Assembly: GCA_027488195.1 (NCBI GenBank)
Contig: JAIYCD010000321.1
Location: forward strand, 2,466 to 66,465
Length of the DNA stretch: 64,000 bases
Reading direction: 5' to 3'
Source: Acetobacteraceae bacterium
GTDB taxonomy: Bacteria; Pseudomonadota; Alphaproteobacteria; Acetobacterales; Acetobacteraceae
Shown here: positions 1 through 8,685 of the stretch, piece by piece
How the letters are laid out: each line of letters begins with the position of its first letter
Numbering within the stretch: the stretch's first letter is position 1
Position numbers and translations under genes: made by a program
Notes under the pieces: generated by a model
What the model saw: the letters and a program-made list of their open reading frames with translations, nothing else
Database searches by the model: none
Told to the model about the DNA's origin: nothing

Positions 1-181
1 TGGCGGCGACGGATTTGGCGTGCTCGACCGTGCTGCGCTGGAAGCGGACGAGCAGGGCGGCCCAGATGATCAGCAGCAGCAGCGCCCAGAGGAAGCCGTA
101 ATGGGTCAGTGCCATGGCGGCGCAGACCACCCAGCCGAGGGACAGCACCATGCCCTGGCGCAGGAGGGAGATGAGCGGCAT
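1..181 (-). CDS. Small membrane protein, runs off the window edge (partial)
   Basis: Manual translation from ATG at 181: MPLISLLRQGMVLSLGWVVCAAMALTHYGFLWALLLLIIWAALL...; two hydrophobic segments; follows the stop of 187..624. Confidence 0.5.
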   Translation of the reverse strand, partial: MPLISLLRQGMVLSLGWVVCAAMALTHYGFLWALLLLIIWAALLVRFQRSTVEHAKSVAA

Positions 182-186
182 TTGGG

Positions 187-624
187 TCAGGCGCCGAAGA
201 AGTTACGCCCCACCCCGAAGGCCATGACCGCGATGACGAACAGGATGAGTTGCAGTGTGGTGGGCAGGTTGCCGACGCGCCCTTTAAGCTCAGCGAGCGA
301 CTTGCCTTGGTCGATCTGCTCCTTGCGCAATTCGCCCGCTTCGCGCCGCTGGTCCGCTGATGCGGCGGTCAGGCTGGTCATGTCTCGGCGTATCTCCTTC
401 ATTTCTGCCGAGAATTCGTTCTGTTTTTGTTCAATTCGCTCGAGGATGGCGCGTATGTCGCGCATGCCGTCCTCCAGAGCATCAACGCGCTTCGTCAACA
501 TAGGATCATCAGGGCCACCTCCGCCGGGCGGCGCGCCAGAGACCTCCTGCGGCGGGATAGGTTGCACGAGGCGCAATGGTGGGACCACGCCGTTATCATT
601 GGTGGAGAAAACATTCGCGCTCAT
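187..624 (-). CDS. Hypothetical coiled-coil protein with C-terminal membrane anchor
   Basis: Heptad-rich RVDALEDGMRDIRAILERIE..., C-terminal LILFVIAVMAFG; start overlaps the stop of 621..890. Confidence 0.7.
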   Translation of the reverse strand: MSANVFSTNDNGVVPPLRLVQPIPPQEVSGAPPGGGGPDDPMLTKRVDALEDGMRDIRAILERIEQKQNEFSAEMKEIRRDMTSLTAASADQRREAGELRKEQIDQGKSLAELKGRVGNLPTTLQLILFVIAVMAFGVGRNFFGA

Positions 625-890
625 TCGGCCTCATCCACGTTAATCTTGGCGTGCATTCTGACGAAAGCGCAATTGCGGCAGACCAATATATAAACCGGGA
701 CCCGTGCCGGTGGCGAAACCCAGCCGCCATTGTCCTGCACCAGGGGAACTGCCGCCGTATGTTCCGGTGGCGTGAGAAACTGCCACTGATCCTTGCCGCA
801 GGACGGGCACGCCGTTTGGGCCTGCCGTTTCTTCAGGAAGCCAGTAAGGCGGGCGGAGGCGGGATCACCTCCCCAGTCACTGTCGGTCAT
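621..890 (-). CDS. Small zinc-ribbon protein (CxxC...CxxC), paralog of the prophage-disrupted gene
   Basis: CPSCG...VCRNC; aligns along its length with the 41166 ORF. Confidence 0.75.
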   Translation of the reverse strand: MTDSDWGGDPASARLTGFLKKRQAQTACPSCGKDQWQFLTPPEHTAAVPLVQDNGGWVSPPARVPVYILVCRNCAFVRMHAKINVDEAE

Positions 891-963
891 CGAACAAGCC
901 TTACCCGGAATGAGCAGCGTAGTTTAGCATGGTCCGTATCCGTCGCGCTCAAAATGCGCGGCA

Positions 964-1341
964 TCAGCGCTTGCGCGCATCCAGGCTCCAGGGGCCGGGG
1001 CCCGCGAAGACCAGGTAGAGGAAGAGGAAGCAGAAGAGGACCGCCGCATCGCCGCCATTGCTGGTCGGCCAGAAGCTGCGCGGCGCATGCGCGATGAAAT
1101 AGGCGCAGGCCATCAGCCCCGACATCACGAAGGCGACCGGCCTGGTGAAGAGGCCGATGATGAGCAGCGCGCCGCCGATCACCTCGAGCGTGGCGGCCGC
1201 ACCCAGCATGGAGAACAGTTCCGGCGCAGGCCGGGGTGAGGGGGGCCAGCCGAACAGTTTCTGCGGCCCGTGCAGGAAGAAGGTCAGCCCCGCCACGATG
1301 CGCAGCAGGCTCAGGCTGTAGGGGGCGAAGCGGTCAAGCAT
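964..1341 (-). CDS. DoxX family membrane protein
   Basis: LLRIVAGLTFFLHGPQKLFGW...GLFTRPVAF...AGPGPWSLD are typical DoxX motifs. Confidence 0.9.
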   Translation of the reverse strand: MLDRFAPYSLSLLRIVAGLTFFLHGPQKLFGWPPSPRPAPELFSMLGAAATLEVIGGALLIIGLFTRPVAFVMSGLMACAYFIAHAPRSFWPTSNGGDAAVLFCFLFLYLVFAGPGPWSLDARKR

Positions 1342-1393
1342 CAGGGCGTGCCTCCGTCATCGGCATCCACCACGCGTTGCGCGTGCAGGCGGA
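1341..1393 (-). pseudogene. 3' remnant (…RLHAQRVVDADDGGTP*) of the host zinc-ribbon gene split by the prophage
   Basis: Joining across the GCGGA duplication restores the frame CNNCGNLR-LHAQRVVDADDGGTP*; stop overlaps the DoxX ATG (TGATG). Confidence 0.85.
1389..1393. repeat. Left 5-bp target-site duplication GCGGA
   Basis: Identical to 40933-40937; immediately followed by TG. Confidence 0.9.
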
Positions 1394-1400
1394 TGTAGCG

Positions 1401-1440
1401 CGCCAATTGCTTTCGGAAGGTTCGCCAATTGAAATCGGAA
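1401..1440 (+). repeat. Two tandem putative transposase-binding sites at the left end
   Basis: CGCCAATTGCTTTCGGAA (1401-1418) and CGCCAATTGAAATCGGAA (1423-1440); inverted copies at the right end. Confidence 0.8.
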
Positions 1441-1600
1441 CCCTCGCGGCGCGCTCTCAGAACTCCATGAGAGCCATCTAAGACCACCCTCCGTCTCCAA
1501 AGGGAGACACCCCTCTCCAATCCATCCGGTGGCACCACTCTTCGCTTGCTGGCCGCCGCGAACAGAGCGTCAGTCGGGTCACCGAACAGGAGACCAGACC

Positions 1601-1825
1601 ATGCACCAAGCCCCAACACTCCCCACCGCTAGCCGCAACCAAGCCCGCAGCCTGGATGCCTTCATGGCCCGCCACGCCGCGGTGGCCGCCCTGTTGGAGC
1701 GCCTGGCCACCGCCAGCGCCGAGCACTTCGGCGCCGATCCCGAGCGGGTCCTCTGGGCCGAGGCGGGCTCCCTCGCCCGCGTCGAGGAGCTGCTCGATGA
1801 GGCGGTGCGCTTCATCGGGGCGTGA
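1601..1825 (+). CDS. Small phage-associated hypothetical protein, convergent with the methylase
   Basis: AGGAG RBS before ATG 1601; SLDAFMARHAAVAALLERLATASAEHFGADPERVLW. Confidence 0.7.
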   Translation: MHQAPTLPTASRNQARSLDAFMARHAAVAALLERLATASAEHFGADPERVLWAEAGSLARVEELLDEAVRFIGA

Positions 1826-2627
1826 TCAGCACCTCCCCCACTTTCCCACCACCCTGGCGGTTGCCCCCGGCGATCGAGTAGGTGGTCTCCACCGCCTCGA
1901 TCCGAAACCGGCCGAAGCAGGCCCGCACCCCGGGCACATCATTGAGGGAGAGCAGCCAGCTCCCCTTCAGCCCCGCCAGCGCCTCCGCCAACCGTGCGAA
2001 GTCGGCCGGCCCAAACAGCCCCTCCCCATAATCCGTCTCATTCCCCCAATAGGGCGGGTCCAGATAGAAGAGCGTCTCGGGCCGGTCGTAGCGGCGCAGC
2101 AGCTGCTCCCAGGGCAGGCACTCGATCACCACGCCGGCGAGCCTGTCATGGACCGCCTCCAGCAGCGGGCCGAGCTTGTTCACGTCGAACCGCCCAGCCC
2201 CGCCCGGCACGACCCCGAAGTTCTGCCCCTTCACCTTGCCCCCGAAGGCCAGGCGCTGGAGGTAGAGGAACCGCGCCGCCCGCTCTAGGTCGGTCAGGGT
2301 GTCCGGCACCGCGGCCTTCAGGCGCTCGAACTCGGCCCGGCTGGTCACCTGCCAGCGCAGCAGGTCCATGAAGGGCACGTAGTGCCGCTGGAGGATCCGA
2401 AAGAGGTTGGCCACGTCCCGGCTGGCGTCATTGATCACCTCGGTCCGCACGCGCCAGGGGCGGCGGAGGAAGACGCCACCCATCCCCACGAAGGGCTCGA
2501 CATACCCGTCATGGGGCACCTGGCGCAGGCGCTCGATGATGCGCTTGGCCAGCAGCTTCTTGCCGCCCAGCCAGGGCGCGGCGGGATGGGCCGGCAAAAC
2601 CGGCTCTCGTTCATGATCGAATCGCAC
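1812..2627 (-). CDS. DNA adenine methyltransferase (Dam/D12-like), in the mom position
   Basis: PWLGGK, YVEPFVGMGGV (SAM motif), INDA, FYLDPPY catalytic motif. Confidence 0.92.
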   Translation of the reverse strand: MRFDHEREPVLPAHPAAPWLGGKKLLAKRIIERLRQVPHDGYVEPFVGMGGVFLRRPWRVRTEVINDASRDVANLFRILQRHYVPFMDLLRWQVTSRAEFERLKAAVPDTLTDLERAARFLYLQRLAFGGKVKGQNFGVVPGGAGRFDVNKLGPLLEAVHDRLAGVVIECLPWEQLLRRYDRPETLFYLDPPYWGNETDYGEGLFGPADFARLAEALAGLKGSWLLSLNDVPGVRACFGRFRIEAVETTYSIAGGNRQGGGKVGEVLITPR

Positions 2628-2641
2628 GGGTGTGCTCCATT

Positions 2642-2722
2642 GCCCCGGTCTCGGCCGAGACGGGCGGGGCGGTTCATCCGTGCGCGGCTTCCTCCGCGCG
2701 GCTCGGGGTGTTCCAGCACCCC
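2642..2722 (-). promoter_or_regulatory. Structured leader of the methylase (three stem-loops)
   Basis: Palindrome GTCTCGGCCGAGAC 2648-2661; GCGCGG-N6-CCGCGC 2682-2699; GGGGTG-N6-CACCCC 2705-2722. Confidence 0.45.
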
Positions 2723-2734
2723 AGGCCCCCGCTC

Positions 2735-3235
2735 TCAGACGAGGATCTCCGTGACGCGGCCGGGAGCCAGCAGGCCCACCGTCGCCATCCAGTTCAGTCC
2801 CGCGACGGTGCGCGGGTCATCCAGGTTCACCTCCTGCGCGCCGGCCAGGCGGTCCAGCCAGACGCGCACGGCGGGCGAGGCCATGCCGGCCGCCGTGATG
2901 GCAATCTCCTCCTCAGCGGTCAGGCGATCGCGGAACTGCAGGACCGTGAGGACGCGCGAGCCGGGCGAGTTCCAGCCGAGCATTGGCATTTGCGGCGGCG
3001 GAGTGATCTCCAGCGCGGCCCATCCGGCAGGCGGCGCGCGGTCTCGGAACGCCGCGGCGACGTGCCAGCCTGGCAGTGCCGCGGGCTCAGCCTCCAGGTC
3101 TGTCTGCGGCGCATAGAGCGTACCCGAAGCCACGAGCGCGACGTCGGGCGGCGCGCCATCGGCCCAGCCCTCGGCGGCCAGGGCGGCAAGCCAGGCGGCC
3201 TGATCGGCCCATCGGTAGGCGTGATGTGTCCACAT
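2735..3235 (-). CDS. Tail-fibre-associated hypothetical protein
   Basis: Follows the fibre gene, GGAGG RBS; C-terminal QFRDRLTAEE...VNLDDPRT module seen in fibre-adjacent genes. Confidence 0.7.
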   Translation of the reverse strand: MWTHHAYRWADQAAWLAALAAEGWADGAPPDVALVASGTLYAPQTDLEAEPAALPGWHVAAAFRDRAPPAGWAALEITPPPQMPMLGWNSPGSRVLTVLQFRDRLTAEEEIAITAAGMASPAVRVWLDRLAGAQEVNLDDPRTVAGLNWMATVGLLAPGRVTEILV

Positions 3236-3251
3236 GGTCAGATCCTCCCGG

Positions 3252-4958
3252 TCAGGCGGTCAGGGCGGCGAGGGCGCTGTCGAACAGCGCGGCGGGGCGC
3301 ACGTCCCATCCCTGGATGCGACCGAATAGCGGGTTCGTCGTGGCGTAGCGGCCCAGCATGATGTTGCCGGGGATCGGCAGCGCCGCGAGCGCGACTTTGC
3401 TGCCCGCCACACCGCGCGCCGCCACCTGGAGGAATCCGGCATCCAGATCCCAGGCGACGGCCGCGCGTGTCGTCACGCCAGCGGCTGGGGCGGTGATCGT
3501 CACGGCCGATGCCGTCCGCACCACCCCGCCCGCGGTGCAGCGCGCCTCCAGGCTAGTGTGCGCCGGATTGATCAGGATGCCGAGGCGCTCATTCGCGGTC
3601 GTGTCACCCCAGCTGATGAGGCCGAACCAATCGGCGTCGTCGGCGCTTGTGAAGGGGCCGGGCTGGCTGTTCCACTCGAGCAGCAGGATGCCCTGCCGGT
3701 AATTCCAGCGCGTACCGAATTGCGCGACCGGCAGCGTCACCGCGCCCTGCGCGCGGGTGCCGTCGCCGATCACCGCGCTGGTGAAGGGGCCGGGCTCGCC
3801 CTGCGCGAAATCGACATCGATCTCGTCGCCGGAGGTGGCGAGATGGATGGCCATGGCGGGCTGCGGCCGCAGGGAGGTCGTGGTGTCCAGGCCCAGATTG
3901 AACCGCTGCCAGCGAGAAGTGAGCGTGACCGGCGCCTGCATGTAGGGCTGGATCGTGATGTTCGTGATGACGACATTTACACCCGCCGCCTGCGGGAAAA
4001 ACCTCAGCTGCGTGTGCGCTGCGTTGCGGCGGATCACGTCGGTATAGGTGCCAGCCGTCGAGCGAACCCCTCCCTCAACCGCGGTTCCACCATCGAAGCG
4101 GGGCCGGATGCCGCCGCCTGAAATCGACGCGATGGTGTAGGTCACCGCATAGGCGAGGCCGAAGGTCATGGCGGCCGGCAGGCTGATGCTGGCGATGTTG
4201 CCCGTGCCAACGCCCGTCCCGACCAGCTGCCCCCCGGTGATCGCCCAGCCCGTGCCCAACGTCCATCCGGTGGCCGAGCTGAAATCTGACTGGAACAGCG
4301 CGGGACCAGCCGCCGCGCCGCCCGTCGTCTGCCCGAGGGAGAGGCGCACATTCCCCGTGCCGGTGCGGCGGCGCAGCAGCACAGACATACCGTGAGAGCC
4401 TGCGGCCGAGCCTGAGCCGTATTGCGCGACCCAGGCGTCAGCCGCCGAAGCGGTGATGATGCTGGCCGCGTTTGGGGTGCCTTCCGCGCCCGTCGCCGCC
4501 AGCGCAACGGTCGCATTGACCTTGCGCCATGCGGCATTCGTCAGATCCCGCGCGGCGGTAAAGCGGTTGGTCCGCGCACCGGCAAAGGCCGCCCCGAAGG
4601 GGGCCAGCGTCACGGGGTCGAACTCCCAGCGCAGCGTGTCCACCGGCACCTGCTGGAGGTCGCCTGTCGGGCCGAACCCGTAGGCCACCGTGGCGCGCAG
4701 CATCTGCCAGGCATCGGTGTCGCTGGGGCGGCGGCCCACGGCGCGGTCAGCGGTGATGGGGATGACGGCAGCAGCCGCCTGGGCCGCCGCCTGCGCGCTC
4801 AGCGTTTGCGCGGCTGAGGCGGCCAGGTCATTGGCCAGCTGGGCCGCCACCTGCGCGGCTGCGTCATTCGCCGCTTCCCGTGCTTGGTCGCGGTAGGACC
4901 GCGCCAGCATCACCAGCGCGCTGTCCCCCGGGGTGTAGAGCTCGATCCAGCTAGCCAT
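3252..4958 (-). CDS. Tail fibre/spike protein with beta-sandwich (carbohydrate-binding-like) domains
   Basis: Ala-rich helical N-terminus, LRWEFDPVTL...ARTNRF...LTNAAW, Thr/Gly-rich beta-type body; position after the baseplate genes. Confidence 0.75.
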   Translation of the reverse strand: MASWIELYTPGDSALVMLARSYRDQAREAANDAAAQVAAQLANDLAASAAQTLSAQAAAQAAAAVIPITADRAVGRRPSDTDAWQMLRATVAYGFGPTGDLQQVPVDTLRWEFDPVTLAPFGAAFAGARTNRFTAARDLTNAAWRKVNATVALAATGAEGTPNAASIITASAADAWVAQYGSGSAAGSHGMSVLLRRRTGTGNVRLSLGQTTGGAAAGPALFQSDFSSATGWTLGTGWAITGGQLVGTGVGTGNIASISLPAAMTFGLAYAVTYTIASISGGGIRPRFDGGTAVEGGVRSTAGTYTDVIRRNAAHTQLRFFPQAAGVNVVITNITIQPYMQAPVTLTSRWQRFNLGLDTTTSLRPQPAMAIHLATSGDEIDVDFAQGEPGPFTSAVIGDGTRAQGAVTLPVAQFGTRWNYRQGILLLEWNSQPGPFTSADDADWFGLISWGDTTANERLGILINPAHTSLEARCTAGGVVRTASAVTITAPAAGVTTRAAVAWDLDAGFLQVAARGVAGSKVALAALPIPGNIMLGRYATTNPLFGRIQGWDVRPAALFDSALAALTA

Positions 4959-5328
4959 CCCCATTCTCCCCGGCGGTCATGGCGATCTGCCCCTCGCCGA
5001 TGCTCTGCTGGAGGCCCTCGTAGCGGACCTCGAACTCGTATTTGGACGCAGGCTCGATCGGCAGGCTGCGCGTCAGCTCCAGGCTGGGCTGGTAGCTGAA
5101 GAAGCCCCGCTCGGCCTCGTTCGACTGGTCGAAGAGGATGAACTCCGGATCCACGCCCACCTGCTTGTCGATGGTGGTGCCGTCGAAGAGCGTGATGCGC
5201 AGGCGCAGCTCCATCCCCGTCATGTCGACCGGGCCGCTGTCATCCACCCACCGGAACACCTGCGGGAGGTTGTTTCCCCGCCGCATGGGCCAGGGCCGCC
5301 AGGCCGGCGCGGTGCGGCTGGCGCTCAC
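4951..5328 (-). CDS. Tail fibre adaptor-like hypothetical protein
   Basis: RRGN...FRWVDDSGPVDMTG...YEFEV; overlaps both neighbours. Confidence 0.6.
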   Translation of the reverse strand: MSASRTAPAWRPWPMRRGNNLPQVFRWVDDSGPVDMTGMELRLRITLFDGTTIDKQVGVDPEFILFDQSNEAERGFFSYQPSLELTRSLPIEPASKYEFEVRYEGLQQSIGEGQIAMTAGENGDG

Positions 5329-6455
5329 GGCAGGAAATCGAGCAGGATGCGGCCGTTGTTGCCCAGGCCGCCGGTGCCCACGCCGCCGGCCGCGCCGTTT
5401 CCGCCACAGCCTGGACCGTAGCCGTCATTGCCATTCGTGCCCGCGGTCGCGAGCACGAAGATGCCGTATCCATGCCCGAGCGAGGGACCGCCGGGTGAGA
5501 TGGTGTAATTGCCGCCGATCACAAAGCTCAGCTGTGAGTCCGCGCCCTTTTGCGCATAGACACCGCCCGAGCCACCGGTCCCACCACCACCGCCGCCCGT
5601 GGCGCCACCTCCACCCGAAGCCGACCCGCCGCTGCCGCCCACTGCGCTGATCAGCGACCCGACACTCGTCGTGCCCCCGTTCCCGCCGCTGGTCGGTGAG
5701 GAATTCCCTGAAGCGCCGCCCGCCCCCACGGTGCAGGACAGGCTGCCACCGGGGGTCACGGAGAACAGACCACGCCGATACTCCCCGCCCCCACCGCCGC
5801 GCGCCCCGCCGGCTGCACTGCACCCGCCCCCGCCGCCGCCAGCGCCCCAAACCTCGATCCCGACCCGCGTCGCCCAGATCGGCACCACCTGCGCCGTGGT
5901 ACCCGCCGTCGTGAGGGAACGCAGGTCAACCAGCCCTCGCGCGTCGCTGATGCGCCAGGCCGCCGAACCATCGCCCAGCAGCCGGGCAGAAGCCCCGGCG
6001 GGGAGAGTGAGCGCGGTGGTCAGGCCGTTGATCGTGTCGGAACCGGCGCGCTGGACGGTCAGCGTGTTGGCGCTGCTGTCCGTGCGCACAATGTCGAACC
6101 GCAGGGGAAAGCCGCCTGCGGCATTCACCGCCGGCAAGGTCAGCGTGACGTTGGCCGAGCCGGCCGAGACCATGATCACGCCGGCGTGGTCTGGCGTCAG
6201 CGCGGCATTCGCCGAGAAGCTGGTGACATTGCCCCCCGCCAGCCGCCGCAAGGCCTGGATCAGCTGCTCGCGATTGACGGCCGAGGGCGTGAGGCCGAGC
6301 AGCTCGATAATCCGCACGATCTCCTCTTGGAGGCCGTTGGCCCATTCGGCATCCACCACCGTGCCGGCCTGCCCCAGGCCGAGGTTGCGGTTACGGAACC
6401 CACGGCGCCCAGAGCCGATGTCGATATTGTTCAGGCCATTGGTGCGATCAGCCAT
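5325..6455 (-). CDS. Tail fibre protein with glycine-rich C-terminal domain
   Basis: GTVVDAEWANGLQEEI (Mu S-like N-terminus), then VWGAGGGGGG glycine-rich domain. Confidence 0.85.
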   Translation of the reverse strand: MADRTNGLNNIDIGSGRRGFRNRNLGLGQAGTVVDAEWANGLQEEIVRIIELLGLTPSAVNREQLIQALRRLAGGNVTSFSANAALTPDHAGVIMVSAGSANVTLTLPAVNAAGGFPLRFDIVRTDSSANTLTVQRAGSDTINGLTTALTLPAGASARLLGDGSAAWRISDARGLVDLRSLTTAGTTAQVVPIWATRVGIEVWGAGGGGGGCSAAGGARGGGGGEYRRGLFSVTPGGSLSCTVGAGGASGNSSPTSGGNGGTTSVGSLISAVGGSGGSASGGGGATGGGGGGTGGSGGVYAQKGADSQLSFVIGGNYTISPGGPSLGHGYGIFVLATAGTNGNDGYGPGCGGNGAAGGVGTGGLGNNGRILLDFLP

Positions 6456-6465
6456 CCCGGCCTCC

Positions 6466-7056
6466 TCAGCTGTAGTTGAAGTAGACGGTGGTGTGGGCCG
6501 GCGCCCGGGCCCGGATCAGGCACTCGACCGGGCTCGGCGCCAGGTCCCCCAGCGGAGAGCCCGCCTCGGTCGCGCCCGCCTCGAATTCGATCAGGCTGGT
6601 GGCGGGCAGGTTCACGATCCACTCGAAGCGCCCGGCCTCGGGGATTAGCTCCGCGCCGCACTCGAAGGCTCCGCAGCTCGCGGGCTCGCTCTCCGTGATG
6701 GTGATGACGACACCCATGGCGGCGGCCACGCCGATGAAGAAGGCGGGCGTGGCGCCGCCCCGGTTGGTCCAGCGCTGCCGCGCCAGCGCCTGGCGGATCG
6801 AGAGCGGCAGCGCGGCCGAGGGGCCGAGGCAGGGGTCATCGCCCAGCACCCGCTCATAGTCGGGCAGCAGGTCATCGGCGCGGCCGGGGTCCACCTGCGG
6901 CAGCAGCGCCTCGGCGCGGAGTTCGACGCGCGTGTGCTCGGCCGCGAGCGGCGCCAGCGCGCGCGCCCAATTGCTCTCCCGCGCGCGGGGAAAGGCGTCG
7001 CCTGGTGGGCTCAGCGCCAGCAGGTGTGCCAGACCCGCTTCCTCGCGCGGCGTCAT
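6466..7056 (-). CDS. Baseplate protein, Mu gp48-like (DUF2313)
   Basis: LLALSPPGDAFP...LLPDYERVLG...ECLIRARAPAHT; start taken at ATG 7056. Confidence 0.85.
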   Translation of the reverse strand: MTPREEAGLAHLLALSPPGDAFPRARESNWARALAPLAAEHTRVELRAEALLPQVDPGRADDLLPDYERVLGDDPCLGPSAALPLSIRQALARQRWTNRGGATPAFFIGVAAAMGVVITITESEPASCGAFECGAELIPEAGRFEWIVNLPATSLIEFEAGATEAGSPLGDLAPSPVECLIRARAPAHTTVYFNYS

Positions 7057-8129
7057 GCGCCGAGCCAGGTGATGGTGCCGGGCACGGCCAGCGCGGCACT
7101 GCCGAGGGTGATGTTGCCGGAAGGCACGTCCAGCCGGTGGGCATACTCGCCCGTGGCCGAGCTGATCGCCTCCGAGAGGCGGGAGCGTTGGATCACACCG
7201 CCGATGCCCGGCTCGCTCGCCAGGAACAGGGCCACAGCCTCGGTCACCGCCGCGCGCGTGGCGGTGGTGTCGGGCGAGAGAAAGATGGACAGGTTGACCG
7301 GCGTCAACGTCACCGCCACCGCCACCGCCAGCGCCGTGACCGGCCGCTGCGCATCGAGCGCCGCCTGCACTGCCGCCAGCTCCGGCCCCGTGGGCACGGC
7401 GGGCGCCAGCCGCGTGCCCATGGCCACGATGACGCCAACGGTACCCAGGCCCACCCAACCCGGCCGCTCGGCCACCACGGCCACGCCCGGCACCGCGCTG
7501 GCCCAGGCGGCATACCCCCCAAGTTGGCCATAGGGCACGCCAGCGCGGATCCGCGCGAGGATGCGCGTACGCCAGTCCTCCTCGGCCTCCTGCTCGACGC
7601 CGCCCGCGAAGCCGGGCGCCACCACAAGGGCCACCTGGGCGCTCAGCCCCGCGATCGGCGCCACCAGGGGCAGCGCGGTCGAGGTGGGGAAGTTGCCCGC
7701 CGCGCCCGCCGTCTGGGCCGTGGCGGCCACGGTCAACGTGCCGCCCGCGATCGTGCCCCCCGCCGTCGTCAGCACCGTGATGTCGCCCAGCTTGAGCGCG
7801 ATGCCGGAGGGGAGCACCAGGCCGTTCGTCCCGGTGAAGGTCACGAAGCCCGAGGCCGGCGCGGCCGGACGCCGGGCGATGCCCCAGACATCCGCGTGGC
7901 GCGCCAGATCATCCGTCGCTGTGTCGGGCATCAGCTCCTGCGCCAGGCGCTGCAGATAGAGGTAGAGGTCAAAGGCGCCCATGGCCTGCACCCGGGCCAG
8001 GACGGCCAGCGGCGCGTTGGCGCTCCGGGCATCCACACCCTCCGGGCCGGCGACGGCCGCAAATTCCTGCTCGTAGCCGGCAGCAAGGCGCTCGGCGATC
8101 TCGGTGGGTTGCGGCAGGGGCAGCGGCAT
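7053..8129 (-). CDS. Baseplate J-like protein (Mu gp47)
   Basis: PDTATDDLARHADVWGIARRPA, GGVEQEAEEDWRTRIL, GLGTVGV. Confidence 0.9.
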   Translation of the reverse strand: MPLPLPQPTEIAERLAAGYEQEFAAVAGPEGVDARSANAPLAVLARVQAMGAFDLYLYLQRLAQELMPDTATDDLARHADVWGIARRPAAPASGFVTFTGTNGLVLPSGIALKLGDITVLTTAGGTIAGGTLTVAATAQTAGAAGNFPTSTALPLVAPIAGLSAQVALVVAPGFAGGVEQEAEEDWRTRILARIRAGVPYGQLGGYAAWASAVPGVAVVAERPGWVGLGTVGVIVAMGTRLAPAVPTGPELAAVQAALDAQRPVTALAVAVAVTLTPVNLSIFLSPDTTATRAAVTEAVALFLASEPGIGGVIQRSRLSEAISSATGEYAHRLDVPSGNITLGSAALAVPGTITWLGA

Positions 8130-8584
8130 CAGACCAGCACCTCGTCCCGGCCGATACACGCCCGATAGGCCAGCACGCCAGCGACGGCGCCGGCCCGCAC
8201 GCCGCGCTCCAGCCATTCGGCGGTAACGGAAAGGCCGAGCGGCACGGCCCAGGCCAGCGCCTCACGCGCGTAGAGCTCGGCGCGGTTGCGCACCTGGTTC
8301 GTCTCGCGCTCGCGGTTCAACAGCCAGAGGCGGGATCCGCAGCGCTGCCCCTCGGCGTCCAGCGCGTCGCCCACCCAGCCGCGGCGCGGGTTCAGCACAT
8401 CTGGCGTGAGCGTGGGGGCCGCGGGCAACGGCAGCGGGTCATCCGGCCGCGCGCGCCGGTCGCTCAGCAGGGAGACGATGGCAGGGCTCAGCGGCGTGGG
8501 GTCGAGCACCAGGCCGCCGCGCGCGAAGGCCAGATCGGCCCGGCGCGTCGCGCGGTCATAGGTGAGAGCGAGGTGCGAAGCCAT
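8129..8584 (-). CDS. Baseplate wedge protein, Mu gp46-like
   Basis: SLLSDRRA...RGWVGD...GSRLWLLNRE...AREALAW. Confidence 0.9.
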   Translation of the reverse strand: MASHLALTYDRATRRADLAFARGGLVLDPTPLSPAIVSLLSDRRARPDDPLPLPAAPTLTPDVLNPRRGWVGDALDAEGQRCGSRLWLLNRERETNQVRNRAELYAREALAWAVPLGLSVTAEWLERGVRAGAVAGVLAYRACIGRDEVLV

Positions 8585-8586
8585 GT

Positions 8587-8644
8587 CCCATCCCTCGCAC
8601 GCGCGCGAGGGGTGGGTTCACCCCCAAAGGGAAAGGGGGGGGAG
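8587..8644 (-). promoter_or_regulatory. Putative late promoter/activator site upstream of gp46
   Basis: GGTTCACCCCCAAAGG (8615-8630) is identical to 20075-20090 and similar to 27770-27785. Confidence 0.6.
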
Positions 8645-8685
8645 TTATCCGCCGGCCATGTGCGGCATGGTGTGAAAGAGCCTGG

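Noticed and set aside
1341-1619. 92-aa minus-strand ORF crossing the left phage junction
   Set aside because: Chimeric read-through of phage end DNA into the 15-codon host remnant; no family motifs, and it overlaps the upstream region of the 1601 gene.
5380-5860. GGC/CCG-rich low-complexity runs
   Set aside because: Explained by the glycine-rich domain of the tail fibre.
2735-6455. Diversity-generating retroelement or invertible G segment at the tail fibres
   Set aside because: No reverse transcriptase, invertase, template/variable repeat pair or flanking inverted repeats seen.
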